DNA from: Isurus oxyrinchus
Lineage: Eukaryota
Direction of reading: 5' to 3'
Length of the DNA: 64,000 bases
NCBI GenBank assembly: GCA_026770705.1
Contig: JANJGN010000026.1
Location: 39,928,001 to 39,992,000 of the forward strand
This document shows positions 1 to 13,460 of this stretch, in pieces. Each line of letters opens with the position of its first letter. Position 1 is the stretch's first letter. The position numbers and the translations under genes were made by a program. The notes under the pieces were generated by a model. The model made no database searches and was not told where the DNA came from. It saw only the letters and a program-made list of their open reading frames with translations.

Positions 1-915
1 TCACGTCAACATCTGACAGAATCACTTGATTCATCAGGACCTGAATATCATTGGCCTATGAATTTCATCAGTTTTGAATCTAGGAGGAAAACTGTTTTCT
101 GGTCTGTCTGCTTCAGAAGGTTTTAAACATCAGTGTGACTACACACCCGAGTGAGAGTGTTTCCATGCACTGGCTGTGGAAAGACCTTTAACCAGTTACA
201 CAGCCTGAAAACACATCACACCATTCACAGCAAGGAGAAACTGTACATGTGTTCTGTATGTGGTTGAGGCTTCAACCAGTCATCAAACCTCGAGAGACAC
301 AAGGACAACCACATCATGGAAAAGACTGTGGGAAGGGATTGCCTTCCCTGCCTGCACTGGAATCACATTGACACTGGGGAGAGGCCATTCACCTGCTCTG
401 TGTGTGGGAAAGGGTTCAGTAATTCATCCCAACTGCTGACACGCCAGTGAGTTCACACAGGAGGGAGACCGTTCACCTGCCCTGAGTGTGGGAACGGATT
501 CAGTAATTCATCCACCCTGCTGACACACCAGTGAGTTCACACTGGAGTGAGGCTGTTCACCTGCTCCCTGTGTAGGAAGGGATTCATTCAGGCATTCTAT
601 GTGCTGACACACCAGCAGGTTCACACTGGGGAGATGTTGTTCACCTGTGTGTGGGATGGGCTTCACTCAGTCCTCTCACCTGCTGAGACACCAGCAAGTT
701 CACACCGGGCAAAGGCCATTCACTTGCCTTGGGTGTGGGAAGAGATTTGGTGTTTCATCCTCGGTACTGGCATACCACTGAGTTCACACCAGGGAGAGAC
801 TGTTCACCTGCTCCAAGTGTGGAAAGGTATTCACTCAGTCATCCAACCTGCTGAGACACCAGCGAGTTCACAAGGGATTACAGGGGTTGGATTCTGCTGT
901 TATTGCTGTTATTAA
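1..915 (+). pseudogene. C2H2 zinc-finger pseudogene (runs off window 5')
   Basis: Repeated [14 protein letters not shown] coding units with TGA in place of CGA (e.g. near 448, 531, 779) and frameshifts; starts within the shared leader (SRQHLTESLDSSGPEYH) and ends in the shared 3' element. Confidence 0.85.
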
Positions 916-1189
916 TCACACCCAGGACTGAACCATGTTCATTCTGACCGTCGGTGAAGTGGGAGGGTTTCTTTCTACTGGACTAGCTGGTCTCACGACT
1001 TTGCTTCCAGTGGGCAGATGCTCTTTGAGCCTGAGAGGGCACATTTCCACTGAAGTAATCCACAAAAGCTGATGAAGGACATTTATTTTATCCTGGATAG
1101 TAAATAGTGTTCTGCCCACCACTACAGGAAGATCTAAAATAAATACATTTGTTTCTGTTCCATTGAGTCTATAGCACAGGGCTAGGCCA

Positions 1190-1830
1190 GTCGGTTCAAT
1201 TGCTCTATGTCAGTATTTACGCTCCACATGAGCCTCCACCCACCCCACTTCATCTCCCCCCATCAGCATATTCTTCTAAAACTTTCTCCTTCATATATGT
1301 ATCTAGCTTCCCCTTAAACGTATTCATGCTGTTCACCTCAACCACTCGCTGTGGTGGTGACTTCCACATTCTCACCACTCACTGGGTAAAGAGGTTTCTC
1401 ATGAAATCCCTGTTGAATTATTCAACCCCTTCATAATCTTAAAGACTTCCATCAGGTCACCCTTCAGTCTTCTCTTTTCTGGAGAAAAACAGCCCTCTCC
1501 TTTCCTGAGGGTTAAATGCTCTCAGTTCTGGGATTATTCTTGCGAATCTTCGTTGCCCCTTATCCAGTGCCTCTATTTCCTTTTCATAAATGGAGATCAC
1601 TAATGTTGACATTACTCTCAGTGTAGTCTAACCATGGTTCTAGACCAGCTCAACATAACCTCCCTGCTTTTCAATTCTATTTCTGTAGACCGGAACTCCG
1701 TATACGGGCCCCACTCTTTAGGAAAGATGTACAGCTTTAGAGAGGATTTATCTGAATGGTACTGGGGATGAAGGACTCCAGTCAGTTAGAGAGACTGGAG
1801 CAGCTGAAATCATGCTCTTTAGATCACAGA
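1190..1830 (-). mobile_element. CR1-type LINE 3' fragments (mostly minus, short plus piece at the end)
   Basis: Degenerate match to the RT C-terminal/3' UTR sequence of the other CR1 copies in the window. Confidence 0.6.
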
Positions 1831-2569
1831 TTCAGTGGGACAGAGAAGGAGGTTATTTGGCCTATCGAATCCATGGTGCTGACTCTATGGCAAACCAGTC
1901 AGGTCCATTGCCCATTCTGTCACCATAGCCCTGTGAGTTTATTTCCCACAAGTGCCCATCCAATTTCCTTTTGAAATCACTTGCCGTTTCCATTTCCACT
2001 ATCAATGCACATGGACCTGCAGGAGCCTCTGTCCCTGCTCACTCTTTCGAACTGTATCATAAAATAGTGGAAGGTTCATCAACAGTGCTATCAGGCAGTA
2101 CTTACTCAGCAATAACCTGCTCACTGTCTCACAGTTTGTATGCAACATGCATGTCCCAAGATTTGATGGATAGCCCAGTTAGTGTGCTGAGAGAAACACA
2201 AGGTGCAGTGAGAGAGAGGGAGATCCCAATCAGTAATAAAAAAGGTAATGAAATTGAGTCCAGACAAATATCAATGAGTTAACACCACTTTATTAACAAA
2301 TTAGCATAGTTAACACTGTACTTGAATCAATGTTATTAACTGACAGAACTAATTCACTTAAGGGTCAGATTAATATAAAAGCAAAATACTGCAGATGTTG
2401 GACATCTGAAATACAAACAATGTGCTGGAAAAACTCCGCAGGTTGGCAGCATCTGTGGAAAGGAAAACAGAGTTTACGTTTTGAGTCCAATCCGACTCTC
2501 CTTCGGAACAGATTAACTATATTAATGATATTAACAGGTAGTCAATTGCTAGTACAAAACTTTAGCATT

Positions 2570-4165
2570 GCTGAGAAAAGAGACATGATGTTGAAGCTTT
2601 TCGTCTTGCCCTCATCAGGACAGATCCACAAGAATACCAAATCTCAAAGGGAACAATGGGTATGAAAATGGGCTGCTGATTGGTTGGCAAGTAGACTGTG
2701 ATTGGTAGAGGTGTTGCCAAGGAGAATGCACCAGGGAACAGTAACTGCCAAGCTTTTCTTAAAAATTCAAACCAGACAAATTGACTCTGATTGGTCAATT
2801 CATTGCCTTGGAAAATGAACAAGGGAATGGCTGTTCCCGAAGCTTCTGTTTAGTTGAAAAATTTGCAATTCATGGACATGTTCTTTCTGTTTGAAAAAAA
2901 TAGGGCCCGGTGTTTGAATGTCAGTGAGCCACACTGTGAGTCTGACTGATAATCTTAAATTGATTGTTAGTTTCATTCTTAGCACAATCAGGATCGTTTA
3001 GTAAGTGTTGTCCAATTACGGAATCACATCTAATGTTAGTTACTATGTTCTGAGTTTTGCAAGCTCTGTCTGGTTAACTACAGTCAGTACTTTGCCAATT
3101 GCAAACAGCCAAAAGGATGTGCTGCTTGATATGATCTGCCAATCATTGAGCCATACAGGTTACATACCTGGCAATACTCCAGCACTGAAATTCATGTACC
3201 ACGTTACTCATTTGTGTGGTAGGCAGAATGTCTTTTTGGTTTAACATCAGCATTCTGTTAGTGAAGAATATCACTAATGTTGCCACTGCATACTAACAAT
3301 GTTGCTTACATTTTTGAGACACCTTACGCTTCCAGGTAATCTGAGGTAGAGTGGGCATTTACAGGACCCAAGCCTTAGGCCCGTTCATGAGTTTGCGCGA
3401 TTATCCAGTGAGCCATGGTCTGGGTATGGTAGCCATTAACCCGCAGGATAGCTTTGAGGCAGCCTATTTGGCATCAAGCTTGCATGGTGAGCAAATGGCT
3501 CAGGCCTTGTTTACGAGGTTGCTGATTAGGCCAGTCTTATAGTGCGTGGAAATGTAGGAATCACAACACATATATTGACCAGTGAAGGCACGCGTGCAGT
3601 AGACGGTAGTAGAGAACCCATTAACAGGTATCTCAACCACCACATTGAGGAATGGGAGCTCATTTGACTGCTCTATTTCAAAGGGGAATTTGAGCACCGG
3701 CTGGAACCCATTAAGATCTGTAAGGAAAACCTTAGATGCAGCTGCAGAATCAAATATAACTAATATATCATCTACGTCTTGGGAATACAGAAGGGGTAGG
3801 AGGTTACCGGCTATTCCATCAAAGACGTGGTTCTCATGGAAACTGAGAAAGATGTTCATGATAGCTGGGCCTGGGGGGGGGGGCGGATTTTCATGTCAAC
3901 ATGATCCATTTGGGCAGACATGGTGTCATTAAAACAGAACCCAACTGTGCGAGTTACTGAGTTCATAAGTTCAATAAATGCAGATTCAGACAATGGTGGA
4001 GGGTTAGATTGCCATGACATAGTGACTTGGTGCAAATCTCTATGGCTTCCCTGAGCGGTGTATTAGTGAATAGGCTCGCAATGTTGAACAAGCACATGGA
4101 CATGGCATTGCGATCGATGTGCAAGTCCTGTATGGTCTTTGCAAAAGTGAAGGAATTCCTCACCA
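2570..4165 (-). mobile_element. Penelope-like retroelement, decayed (RT + GIY-YIG endonuclease + terminal repeat)
   Basis: RT motifs FNIASLFTNTP, NELPFLNV, STTVY..FTGQY; GIY-YIG-like KDILPTTQMSNVVHEFQC..RYV..LADHIKQH at ~3120-3240; hammerhead core at the 3' end. Confidence 0.8.
2589..2622 (-). ncRNA. Minimal type I hammerhead ribozyme motif (Penelope-associated), slightly degenerate
   Basis: Minus strand reads TGTC-CTGATGA-GGGCAAGAC-GAAA-AGCT-TC-AACA: conserved CUGANGA and GAAA core, palindromic AAGCTT stem III, UC cleavage site. Confidence 0.6.
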
Positions 4166-4939
4166 TGTATGACGAATGTAATATATATCATATATATACA
4201 CACACACACACATGCATATACTGAACTAAATATGTGTGTTGTATACACTACTCAATAAGATAGAGATATGGGGGGATTTTCAGCGCGTGGTCATGACCTG
4301 GAACTCGCTGCCTACGAGGATAGTGGAAGCAGTGACAGTAAATGATTTCCAAATGAAATTGGATGGGCATTTGAAGGAAATAAACTTGCAAGGGAACGGG
4401 GATAGAGAGAGGGAATGGAACTGACCGGATTGTTCTACTGAGAGTCGGCATGGACCCGAGTTACAGAGTGGATTACTTGTGATGTAACGACTCTCTAACT
4501 GGAAATATATAACGTAGCTACTATACTAAATTACAATTAGATTTTTACTGGATTTTTCTTTCAGTGACATATGCATCAATTTAAAGGAGCATCAGCATTT
4601 GCTTTGAAAATGCTTCTGACTTTAGGCTCCATGGGAGCCAATGTCAGGTCCCTGGTATCTGTCTGGGTGGGAGTGGGGGCAGGTGGGCACCAGACTGGGC
4701 TTCAGTGCCAAAAGGATCAAAGCTGAGGTTCCTGCTCCACATAGTGATCCCAAGGCTGGGAGGAAGCCTGGTGCCAAGGGGAGGGGTTAGTGGCATCAAC
4801 TGGGGTCAGCAGGAAGCCTGCCAATGTCAACCAGCCATGACTTATTCATCATGAATGTGGCTCCCTCACTTTGATGCCAGAGGGTCAGTTGACAATTGGC
4901 AGAGCCAATGTGCAGCCAGTGTAAGGGTATGAAGGGTAG

Positions 4940-5325
4940 ACATTGAGGTTGTTGCCTCCTAGCTGGGGAATCTACAACACAGGTGCACAGACTCAGGATA
5001 AGGGGCCGATCATTTCAGACTGAGATGAGGAGAAATGTTTTCACTCAGAAGGTTTGTGAATCTTTGGAATTCTCTTACACCTCGTTCACCAATACCCTGT
5101 CGGGAGGGAAATCTGCCGTCCTTCCCTAGTCTGGCCTACATGTGACTCTGAACCCGCAGCAATGTTGTTGACTCTTAACCTTCCTCAGAAATGGCTGAGA
5201 AAGAAACTCAGCTGTACCAAACCACAACAGATAAGTTGGACAAGGTGGGCTGCAGCGGTTGAAGAAGGAAGATCATCACAACTATCTCATGGGCAATTAA
5301 GGATGGACAATAAATGCTGGCATCG
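4940..5325. mobile_element. CR1 fragment plus SINE fragment
   Basis: GAGATGAGGAGAAATGTTTTCACTCAG CR1 3' motif followed by sequence shared with the SINE copies at 16.0, 16.5 and 44.3 kb. Confidence 0.5.
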
Positions 5326-6268
5326 CTTTCTGACACAGATTGGCTTCTGCTGCCTCGCTCTCTGTGGAGATTCTCACTGACTGTTTCTGGTCACTATTCT
5401 CACCAGGCAACAAACTAGAATGTTACAATCCCGGTAGGGACTGTTAATGTTTAAAAATAAGTCTAAACAGCCAGTGATTAACTGAAAGAATTACACCACA
5501 AAATTTCATACTTTTCCACAAAAACAAACTTTATTGTATATATATCTCAACGAATAAATGAAGAAAGCACCACTTCCTCCCCAATGGTTCCCTTACCTTA
5601 CGAAATCGAGGCTTCATTCACTTTCTTTGGGGCCAGCCCAAGGTATGCCACAGCCCTCTGGAATTTACTTTGATTTCTCCCCAGTCTGGGATTTAGATAT
5701 CCAGAGCTCTTCCTCTCTGTGAGGATGCCACTGCCTTCTTCAGCTGGCTTTGGACAGCTGCTTTTTCCCAGTCAGCTCCCACAGCTTCTTCACAGCTCTT
5801 TCCAAGCTGACTGCTCTCTGACACAAGGCCAACTGCCTTTCACGTTGAGGACCACTGGAGATTTCTTCCTCTAGCTTCAAACTAGGCAAATCCTCCAACT
5901 TCTTTTTCCCCTCACATGAATTCCAAGTGAACTGTAAATTACACAAGACCAAGTCTGTAATTGTCCCCTGTGAGAAACATCCAGATAAATTAAAAAAAAA
6001 CACTCTAACCCCCACAGCCCATCTCCAAGGCAATGAGTGACGCTTTGGGAGAAAATGGAAGGCAAACTGAATTTCTTTTTCTTTCCAAACACCCTTTCGT
6101 TCTCTGATCCAAATGAAAGATGAAACTGGATATTCGCAACAAGTCTCAAAGTGCATCAGTCCACTGGAAGCAAGGTCATGAGACCGGATAGTCCAGCTGT
6201 GAGAATGAACATGGTTCGGTCCTGGATGTGATTCGCAGCAGCAATAACAACAGAATCAACCCTTGTAA

Positions 6269-6859
6269 TCACTGGTGCAGTCTCTGGTGTCTCAATAGAA
6301 GGGAGGACCAAGTGAATGCCTTTCCACATACAGGGCAGATGAATGGCCTCTCCCCAGTGTGAACGCGCTGGTGTTCCTGCAGGCTGGATAACCGACTAAA
6401 TCCCTTCCCACACACAGAGCAGGCAAATGGCCTCTCCCCTGTATGAACTCGCTGATGTGTCAGTAGGTTGGATGACTGGGTGAATCCCTTCCCACACTTG
6501 GAGCAAGTGAATGACCTCTCCCCAGTGTGAACTCGCTGGTGTATTAGCAGGTTGGATGACTGAGTGAATCCTTTCCCACACTCAGAGCAGGTGAACGGCC
6601 TCTCTCTGGTGTGAACCCGCTTGTGTGTCAGCAGGTTGGTTGACTGAGTGAATCCCTTCCCACACTCGGAGCAGGTGAACGGCCTCTCCCCAGTGTGAAT
6701 TCGCTGGTGTGACTGCAGAGTGGATGACTTGCTGAATCCCTCTCCACACACGAAGCAGGTGAATGGCCTTTCCCCAGTGTGACTGCGTCGATGAGTTTCC
6801 AGATCAGACGGGCAACGGAATCCCTTCCCACAGCCCCCACACTTCCATCTTTTCTCCAT
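6269..6859 (-). CDS. Tandem C2H2 zinc-finger protein, 7 fingers, 196 aa, apparently intact
   Basis: Open frame [14 protein letters not shown]...RHQRLHQ with 7 C2H2 fingers and TGERPF linkers; ATG in strong Kozak context (GCCATGG); exon acceptor at 7227-7228 and upstream donor near 8138-8142. Confidence 0.8.
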   Translation of the reverse strand: MEKRWKCGGCGKGFRCPSDLETHRRSHTGERPFTCFVCGEGFSKSSTLQSHQRIHTGERPFTCSECGKGFTQSTNLLTHKRVHTRERPFTCSECGKGFTQSSNLLIHQRVHTGERSFTCSKCGKGFTQSSNLLTHQRVHTGERPFACSVCGKGFSRLSSLQEHQRVHTGERPFICPVCGKAFTWSSLLLRHQRLHQ

Positions 6860-8199
6860 GGCGTGGGTGTCCTTCTGTCTTGCCAGGTTCAACGATCAGT
6901 TGAAGACTCATCTACAAACAGAACACATTTACAGTTTCTCCCCAGTGTGAATGCTGTGAAGTTTTTTCAGGCTGTGTTACAGGTTAAAGCTCTTTCCCAC
7001 AGTCAGTTCACTGGAACACTCTCACTCGGGTGTGTGTGTGTTTCGGTGCTTTCCCAGTCACACTAATGTTTGAAATCTTCTCCCAGAAACAGAACAAATA
7101 AACATTTCTTCTTCTAGATTCAAATACCAATGACATCCACATCCCAATGAATCGAGTGACTTTGTCAGATCATGGCGTGAAGTTTGTTTTGAGATTTCAG
7201 TCTGCAAATCCTCACCTCCAGATATCCTGTGAAAGGAGTTTACAAAAATCATCACTGTCAGTACAGGTTAGAAATTCAAAACAAACAATTCTAGTTTCTA
7301 TGAAACATTCTTCCTCTCTCATTCCCCAAAAGCTGTAAATCCCCATCCCACACACTCTCCCTCCATTCTCACTCTGCTGTACCTAATATACACCGCCCCA
7401 ATTCTTCTGAAGGTGACAATTCATGCTGATCGACAGGTCCATGCTCACTGATTCTGATACACATAATTTTTTTTGGAACTAAAGAGGCACGTAATATACA
7501 GCAATGTATTACTTGATTAGAGATACACGCAGAATGTGAGGAAGAACTTTATTTAGGCAGCCTATAGCCTAAGGGGATGATGGAAGCAGAGATGATCAAT
7601 TATTTCAAAATTGGATGGGCACTTGAAGGAAATAAACTTGCAGGGTGAGGAGGATATAAAGGAGGAATGGATCTGACTGGATTCCTCTGCAGAGTTGGTA
7701 TGGACTCTAGTTGCAAAATGCACTCCTTCTGTGTCATATCGACTCTGTCTGAAAATATATAACATAGCTACAGTACTATATTACAAGACAAGAAATAATA
7801 ATAAATGTACTTAATTGGAAAACCATAAATAATATGTCTAATATGTATCATATAACATCACTCCACTTAAACCTGTCCTATATTAATTTACTGTCCCCTT
7901 AAATATCAGCCTTTCCCTGGGAAAATGACCCCTTTAAATGTGAACATTAGCCAGACAAATAAATGTGCCAAGATGAGTCAGCAAACGATGTCAATGTCTT
8001 CAAGAGAGAGAGTAGGCCAACCTTTCCAGAGTCTGCACCCTCACTGGATTCACTTCCTTTCCCTTCAGTTCCTGCAAGTCAACAATTTAAACCCAATATG
8101 AGTAAAGTAATGGAAAGGGGGAGGAAATAAAGTTTTACTCACAGATATTTACGCACAAGAGGAAGTTTTAGTCTGTTAAACTCAGTCTGCATTGACACA

Positions 8200-8480
8200 A
8201 GCCCACGCTCTGATTGCCTGGGGGACAAGAGTCCTTCCGGTCCTCCAACTCTTCTCATTGGCCAATCCCCGCATGAAGACACTTTGACCCCATGACGTGC
8301 TCCAATGCTGGCCACCGTGAAACGCTTTTCTCTACACATGCGCACACCCTCTCTTCGTTGCCCATGCGCACTCCCGGGCCGTCCCGCCTGCGCGGTGGAT
8401 AGATCGGTCTCCCTGAAGCGGGGGCTTGTGGGACTTACGGCTGCCATTACTGAGCCACAGCCCGGTCTCGAAACACATGG
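8200..8480. promoter_or_regulatory. CpG-rich, probably bidirectional promoter between divergent ZNF genes
   Basis: CpG enrichment, ATTGGCCAAT double CCAAT, TGACGT, two CATGCGCA NRF1-like sites; ZNF exons diverge on both sides. Confidence 0.55.
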
Positions 8481-8794
8481 GACTGGCTTGAAAAGTGGGA
8501 ATGAGGGGCACAATGACCCCACCCTGTCACAAAGTACATGTAGAAGTCACTGGATTTGATTTTGACATCACTTGAACAAAACTGTTAGTTAACTTTAGGC
8601 GTAAAGATTTAGATACCTGGGTAACAAATTGGGGAGGCAAATCGTGACTGTGAAACTGAACCCGAGAATCAGCACCTTCAAGGAAGGAGAATTCTAGATT
8701 GAGAGGGAAAATGATTTTTTATGTCAACTGGAATATTTGTTTCTAATTTCTATTGTGTACTTACTGCAATGGCTTTAGTAAACTTCTTGTCAAG

Positions 8795-9150
8795 CATATT
8801 GGAGAAGGAGGACTTGCAGATGGGAAAATCAAATCAAACATCCCATGAACATTTGATAGAGTTAATTGATTCATCAGGACCGGATGATCATCGGCCATTG
8901 AATGTGGAAGGAGAAATATTTGTCTGTTTGAAATCGAGACAAATGCACCCAAGTAAGAGTGTTCCAGTGCACTGACTTTGGAAAGAGCTGCTAGTTACAC
9001 AGCCTGACAAAGTATTGCACCACTTACAACGGGGAGAGGCCGTTTATATGAGGCTTCAACTGATTGTTGAACATAGTGAGACACAAGGACACCCACAATA
9101 GGGAAAAACAATGTAAATGTGGGGCCTGTGGGATGGGATTCTATTACCCT
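8795..9150 (+). pseudogene. ZNF pseudogene 5' part, truncated by the copia element
   Basis: Leader ILEKEDLQMGKSNQTSHEHLIELIDSSGPDDHRPLNVEGE followed by degenerate fingers (KCGACGMGF), then an abrupt switch to pol sequence. Confidence 0.75.
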
Positions 9151-9174
9151 CTGTTTTCGCCCTCCTCCCTGCCC

Positions 9175-12100
9175 CCATTGTATTTGGAAAACCTGTGGAT
9201 TTACGATTTACGCAATCTGGACACTACTGTATTCCTTTAATGAAATCTAACTTTTTGATTAAGCAGATTAAAGGAGTGTTATTAGCATCAGGGGATAGGA
9301 ATTGTGTCATAATTGCATCAGCAGTTTGTCTATCCTTCTTTGCAAAGGTCAAAAATTTTGCTAAGGGATGGAGGAATAAGGGATGGAGAGTACACTAAAA
9401 TTACAGAGCAGATAAGCAATAGATGTGACATATGTAAGAAATACATCAGGACACTGTCACGGCTGACAGTGAGTCCACCTTTAGTGGGGCATTTCAATGG
9501 AGTTCTGACAATGGATTTAAAGGTATGGGATAAAGAAAAGAACATTTTTATTTTACATTTCGTAGAATTGGCAACAAGGTTTAGCCAGCTGACAATCATG
9601 TACAGTAAAGAAGAGAAGATAATTGTGGATCAGATAATTGACAATTGGATAGGGACTGGATTGGGACCACCAGCCAAATTCCTCACTGATAGTGGGGGAA
9701 ATTTGCTAGCTACGAGCTTGTGGATATGTATAAAAACGTGAATATAATAGTTATGCATGCTGCAGCTGAAAGCCCCTTTATTAATTGAGTGTGTGAAAGG
9801 AATCATGCAGTAATAAATGAGATGCTTCGTAAAATATTGGAGGATAGACCAAGCTGTAAATTATCATCAGCTCTAGCATAGGCTGTCCATGCTAGGAAGT
9901 CATTGCAGATGGTTGGGGGCTAAATTCCATATCAGTTGGTTTTTGTTAGAAACCCAAATATTCCTTCAGCCCTGAATGGTCAGCCCCCAGCTTGAGAGGG
10001 AACTATGATTAGCTCTACCTTATCTGAGCATCTAAATGCACTGCACACGGGTAGAAGAGTGTTCTTTAAAGCCAAAGTTTCAGAAATAATCCAGCGAGCT
10101 CTAAGACACAATGTTCATCCATCGGAAGCTATTTTCAATTGGGGAGACATGGTATACTATAAGAGAGAAGGACTTAATGAGAGGAAAGGCCGAGGAAAGA
10201 TTATCAGTAAAGATGGTAAAACAGTCATTTACAACATGGGAACTACACTATTCAAGTGAACTGATCAAGGTTAGTTGGCACAGACTACAAATTTGCGGGT
10301 TCAGAAAGTGTAGGAAGGGACGAGGTATGCTTCTCATACCCATATGTTGCATGATTGTGAGGACCAGATAGCTAAAGTTGACAGGTTATCTGAAGATGGA
10401 GGCAGAACTTTGGACAAAGAAGGTGAAGCAATTTGTCCCAGAGGATGAATGTCAAAAGCTGGCACTAAAGTTACATACTTGCCAAAAGGAGACAGTCAAT
10501 GGTGGGATGCAATGATTGTAGGTAGAGCAGGGAAGGCCCTGGAAATATTAAAACTGGTTAAATGTTCGAGATAGAGGCCTATAGATTGGAAATATGAAGT
10601 ACAAAAGAGGAAGGCACGGAAACACAGTATCAGTTCAGACACTGGGCCTGGGAGTGAACATGCCTCTCGGTAGAGATCACGAACTGTTGACAGAACATCT
10701 ATAAGCAAGAGAGGGAGATCAAACATAACATCCAGAGCATGATAGAAGGCAGGATAGAGAGCATAGCTTAACAAGGTCAAAGAATATGGTAACAAGGAGC
10801 AGAAGCCCATGTGATTGAGAAGTCTTATTAGTTTCAAACAAATTAGATTATAAATTAATAAAGGATGCCAAACAACAATAACCACATAGTTGGAAAGAAT
10901 TTGGGATATACAGAGAGCTGCCAGATAGGGGACAACCAGCTCTGTCTCATAGGCAGATATGCATGGAAAAGGTGCTTCCTGATGGGACTTCTAAAACTAA
11001 AGCCAGACCAGTGGAATGAGGGTTTGAAGAAAATCTGGGTGACTGGATGTGTGAGTAGATTCACCTACGGCAGGGAAAGATGTTAGAGATCCTTTTGGCT
11101 CTATTGGCTACAAATGCTTAGGAATGCAAGTCCATTGATATTAAAGCTGCTATTTTGCAGGGAGACCAACTTCAAAGGGAAATTTTTCCCCGTCCACCAA
11201 AAGAGGTGCCAAACGCAGAAAGAATTCTCTGGGAGGTAAATAAACGTTTATACAGTTTAAATGATGCCTCCTGAGTTTGGTATTTCTCAATGAGGTCAGT
11301 TTTGTTAGTGTTGGGCTGTCTTCAGTTGGAAGGCCAGCAATATTTTAATTGGTGCCATGGCGGGAACTTGCAGGCACCTTTATGATGCATCTAGATGATT
11401 TGTGTGGGGTAGTAGTAGTGAATTTGAAACAGTTGCCATTAATGGGCTCAGAACGGAGTTTAAAAATTGGAAGTCAGTCTTTTGTTGCATTTAAGTACAT
11501 TGGATTGGAAATCAGGCAGGAAGGATCACACACCCTTTTACTTCAGCAATCCTACTTAGAGAACATCAATCCCGTTGCAATTAGTCATGGTAGGGCCTTG
11601 CAGAAAGATGCTACAGCTTCTGAAACTGTAAAAAAGGAATGCAGAAGTCTAATTGGGCATTTCAATTGGCTAGGCAAACAAACAAGGCCTGATGTCAGTT
11701 CTGACATTTTGGAATTAAGCACTAAAATGAATGATCCCAAGGTTGAAGGAACCATTCAGGAAAAAAAATCATGGACAATATTAAAAATGGAGCAGTGTGT
11801 TTGAAATTCCTATCTCTGGGTGATGTTAGAAAAATGAAATGGATTGTGTTTAGTGATGTGTTTTACACACATCTGTATGATGGGTTTTCAAGTGTGGGAC
11901 GATTTATAATATTTCTTATGGTGAAAAAGGCAAATGATGCCCTTTGACATTGGAATCTAAAAAGATACAAGGAGCTGTAAAAAGTACGTTAGCAGCAGAG
12001 ACTCTTGCCCTTGTTGAGGTGATAGATATGGCAATCTATTTATCAAAGATACTGGAAGACGTTTTAAATGGGAAAGGGTATTCAGGGAAGATACCGATCG

Positions 12101-12850
12101 AATGTCTCATACATAATAAGTCACTTTGGGAAAATGTTCACTCAATGAAGTGCGTTAATGGGAAGAGATTGTGAATTGACATTGCAAGCTTAAAAAAGAT
12201 GCTCGAGAATAAGGAGATTGCCAAGATCAAATGGATTGATAGCAGCTACCAATTCTCTGACTGCTTCACCAAAAGAGAAGCGAGATCTAAGAAGTGATTA
12301 GAGATCTTCAAAGAGGGGTGTTTTTTAAGAAAAATATACTCCTTTTCTGTGGACATATCAGTACATGTTGTCTTTTTTAAGGAGGGGAATAAGGTGAATT
12401 TATTGAATGAAACATATATATTGATAAAAGCAAAAATAAAAGCAAAATACTGCGGATGCTGGAAATCTGAAACAAAACAAAAATAGCTGGAAAAACTCAG
12501 CAGGTCTGACAGCATCTGTGGGAGGAATACAGTTAATGTTTTGAGTCTGTATGACTCCTCATCAGAACTTGATACTGATGTTTGTTATTACGATTTTTTT
12601 GTGTGATTATATAAACTTTAAGGTTATTTTATTTTTAAGAAGAGGGGAATCTGTTAGGGAAGGAAACAGTTAAAGAAGTTCAATTGCTAATTATTAGGTT
12701 GTTTAACTAAGTACCCATTCGGTTGTATAAAAGGGATAACAGTTGAGACTAGCTGGCTCTGTGGAGAGTTTTATGACAAGAAATAAAACTGTCTGAAGGA
12801 GTCAGTCTTGACTTTGGTTTTCATTTCTAAAAAACTATTGGAACTTACCA
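9175..12850 (+). mobile_element. Ty1/copia LTR retrotransposon, 5'-truncated and decayed (PR end-INT-RT-RNase H-PPT-3' LTR)
   Basis: INT HHCC (HQQF..CDICKKY), MDLK..FLTDSGG; RT IDIKAAILQG and MHLDD; RNase H KSTLAAETLAL..QFSDCFTK; INT-before-RT order; many stops and frameshifts. Confidence 0.85.
12652..12850 (+). repeat. Putative 3' LTR (~200 bp) of the copia element
   Basis: Polypurine tract AAGAAGAGGGGAAT just upstream; starts TGTTAG, ends ...CCA; internal TATAAAA (~12726) and AATAAA (~12782). Confidence 0.6.
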
Positions 12851-12854
12851 TATA

Positions 12855-13460
12855 ATTGTATAAGACTTATTTATACTTGTATTCCAATCCCTTTGTAATA
12901 TAGGTTAACATACATTTGCCTTCCTAATTACTTGCTCTACCTGAACGTTAAGCTTCCATTATTCATGTATAAGGGCAGCCAGGTCCCTCTGAATACAACC
13001 ATTTCCCAGTCTTTCACCATTTGAAAATTATTTTGATTTTGTTTTATTTTTTTCTCCCAAAGTGGATAACTTCACACTTCACCACATTGTATTCCATCTG
13101 CCATGTTGTTACCCACTCACCCAACCTGTCTATATCCCTCTGCGGACTCTGTCCTCCACACTGTTTACTTTCCCACCTAACTTTGCATTGCCAGCAAATC
13201 TGGATATGTTACACTAAGTCCCACTTTGTAGGTAAATAATATAGATTGCAAATAGCTGATTCCCAATTACTGATCCTCGTGGTGCCTGCCAGTTATAGTC
13301 TGCCAACCTGAAAATGTCCCATTTATTCAAAACCTCTGTTTTATGTCCATTAACTGACCCTCAATACATGCTAAGATATTGTCTCCATCACATGAGACCT
13401 AATTTTGTGTAATGACCTCTTCTGTGACACCTTATTAAAAGCTTTTTCAAAATATAAACT
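12855..13460 (-). mobile_element. CR1 LINE RT fragment
   Basis: Antisense of CR1 RT motifs (DKGKAV..KKLLIRCH, KWIT/WQMEYN region). Confidence 0.7.

Noticed and set aside
5421-6141. TGTTACA...GCAACA bounded segment, possible solo LTR
   Set aside because: No clear target-site duplication and no second copy in the window
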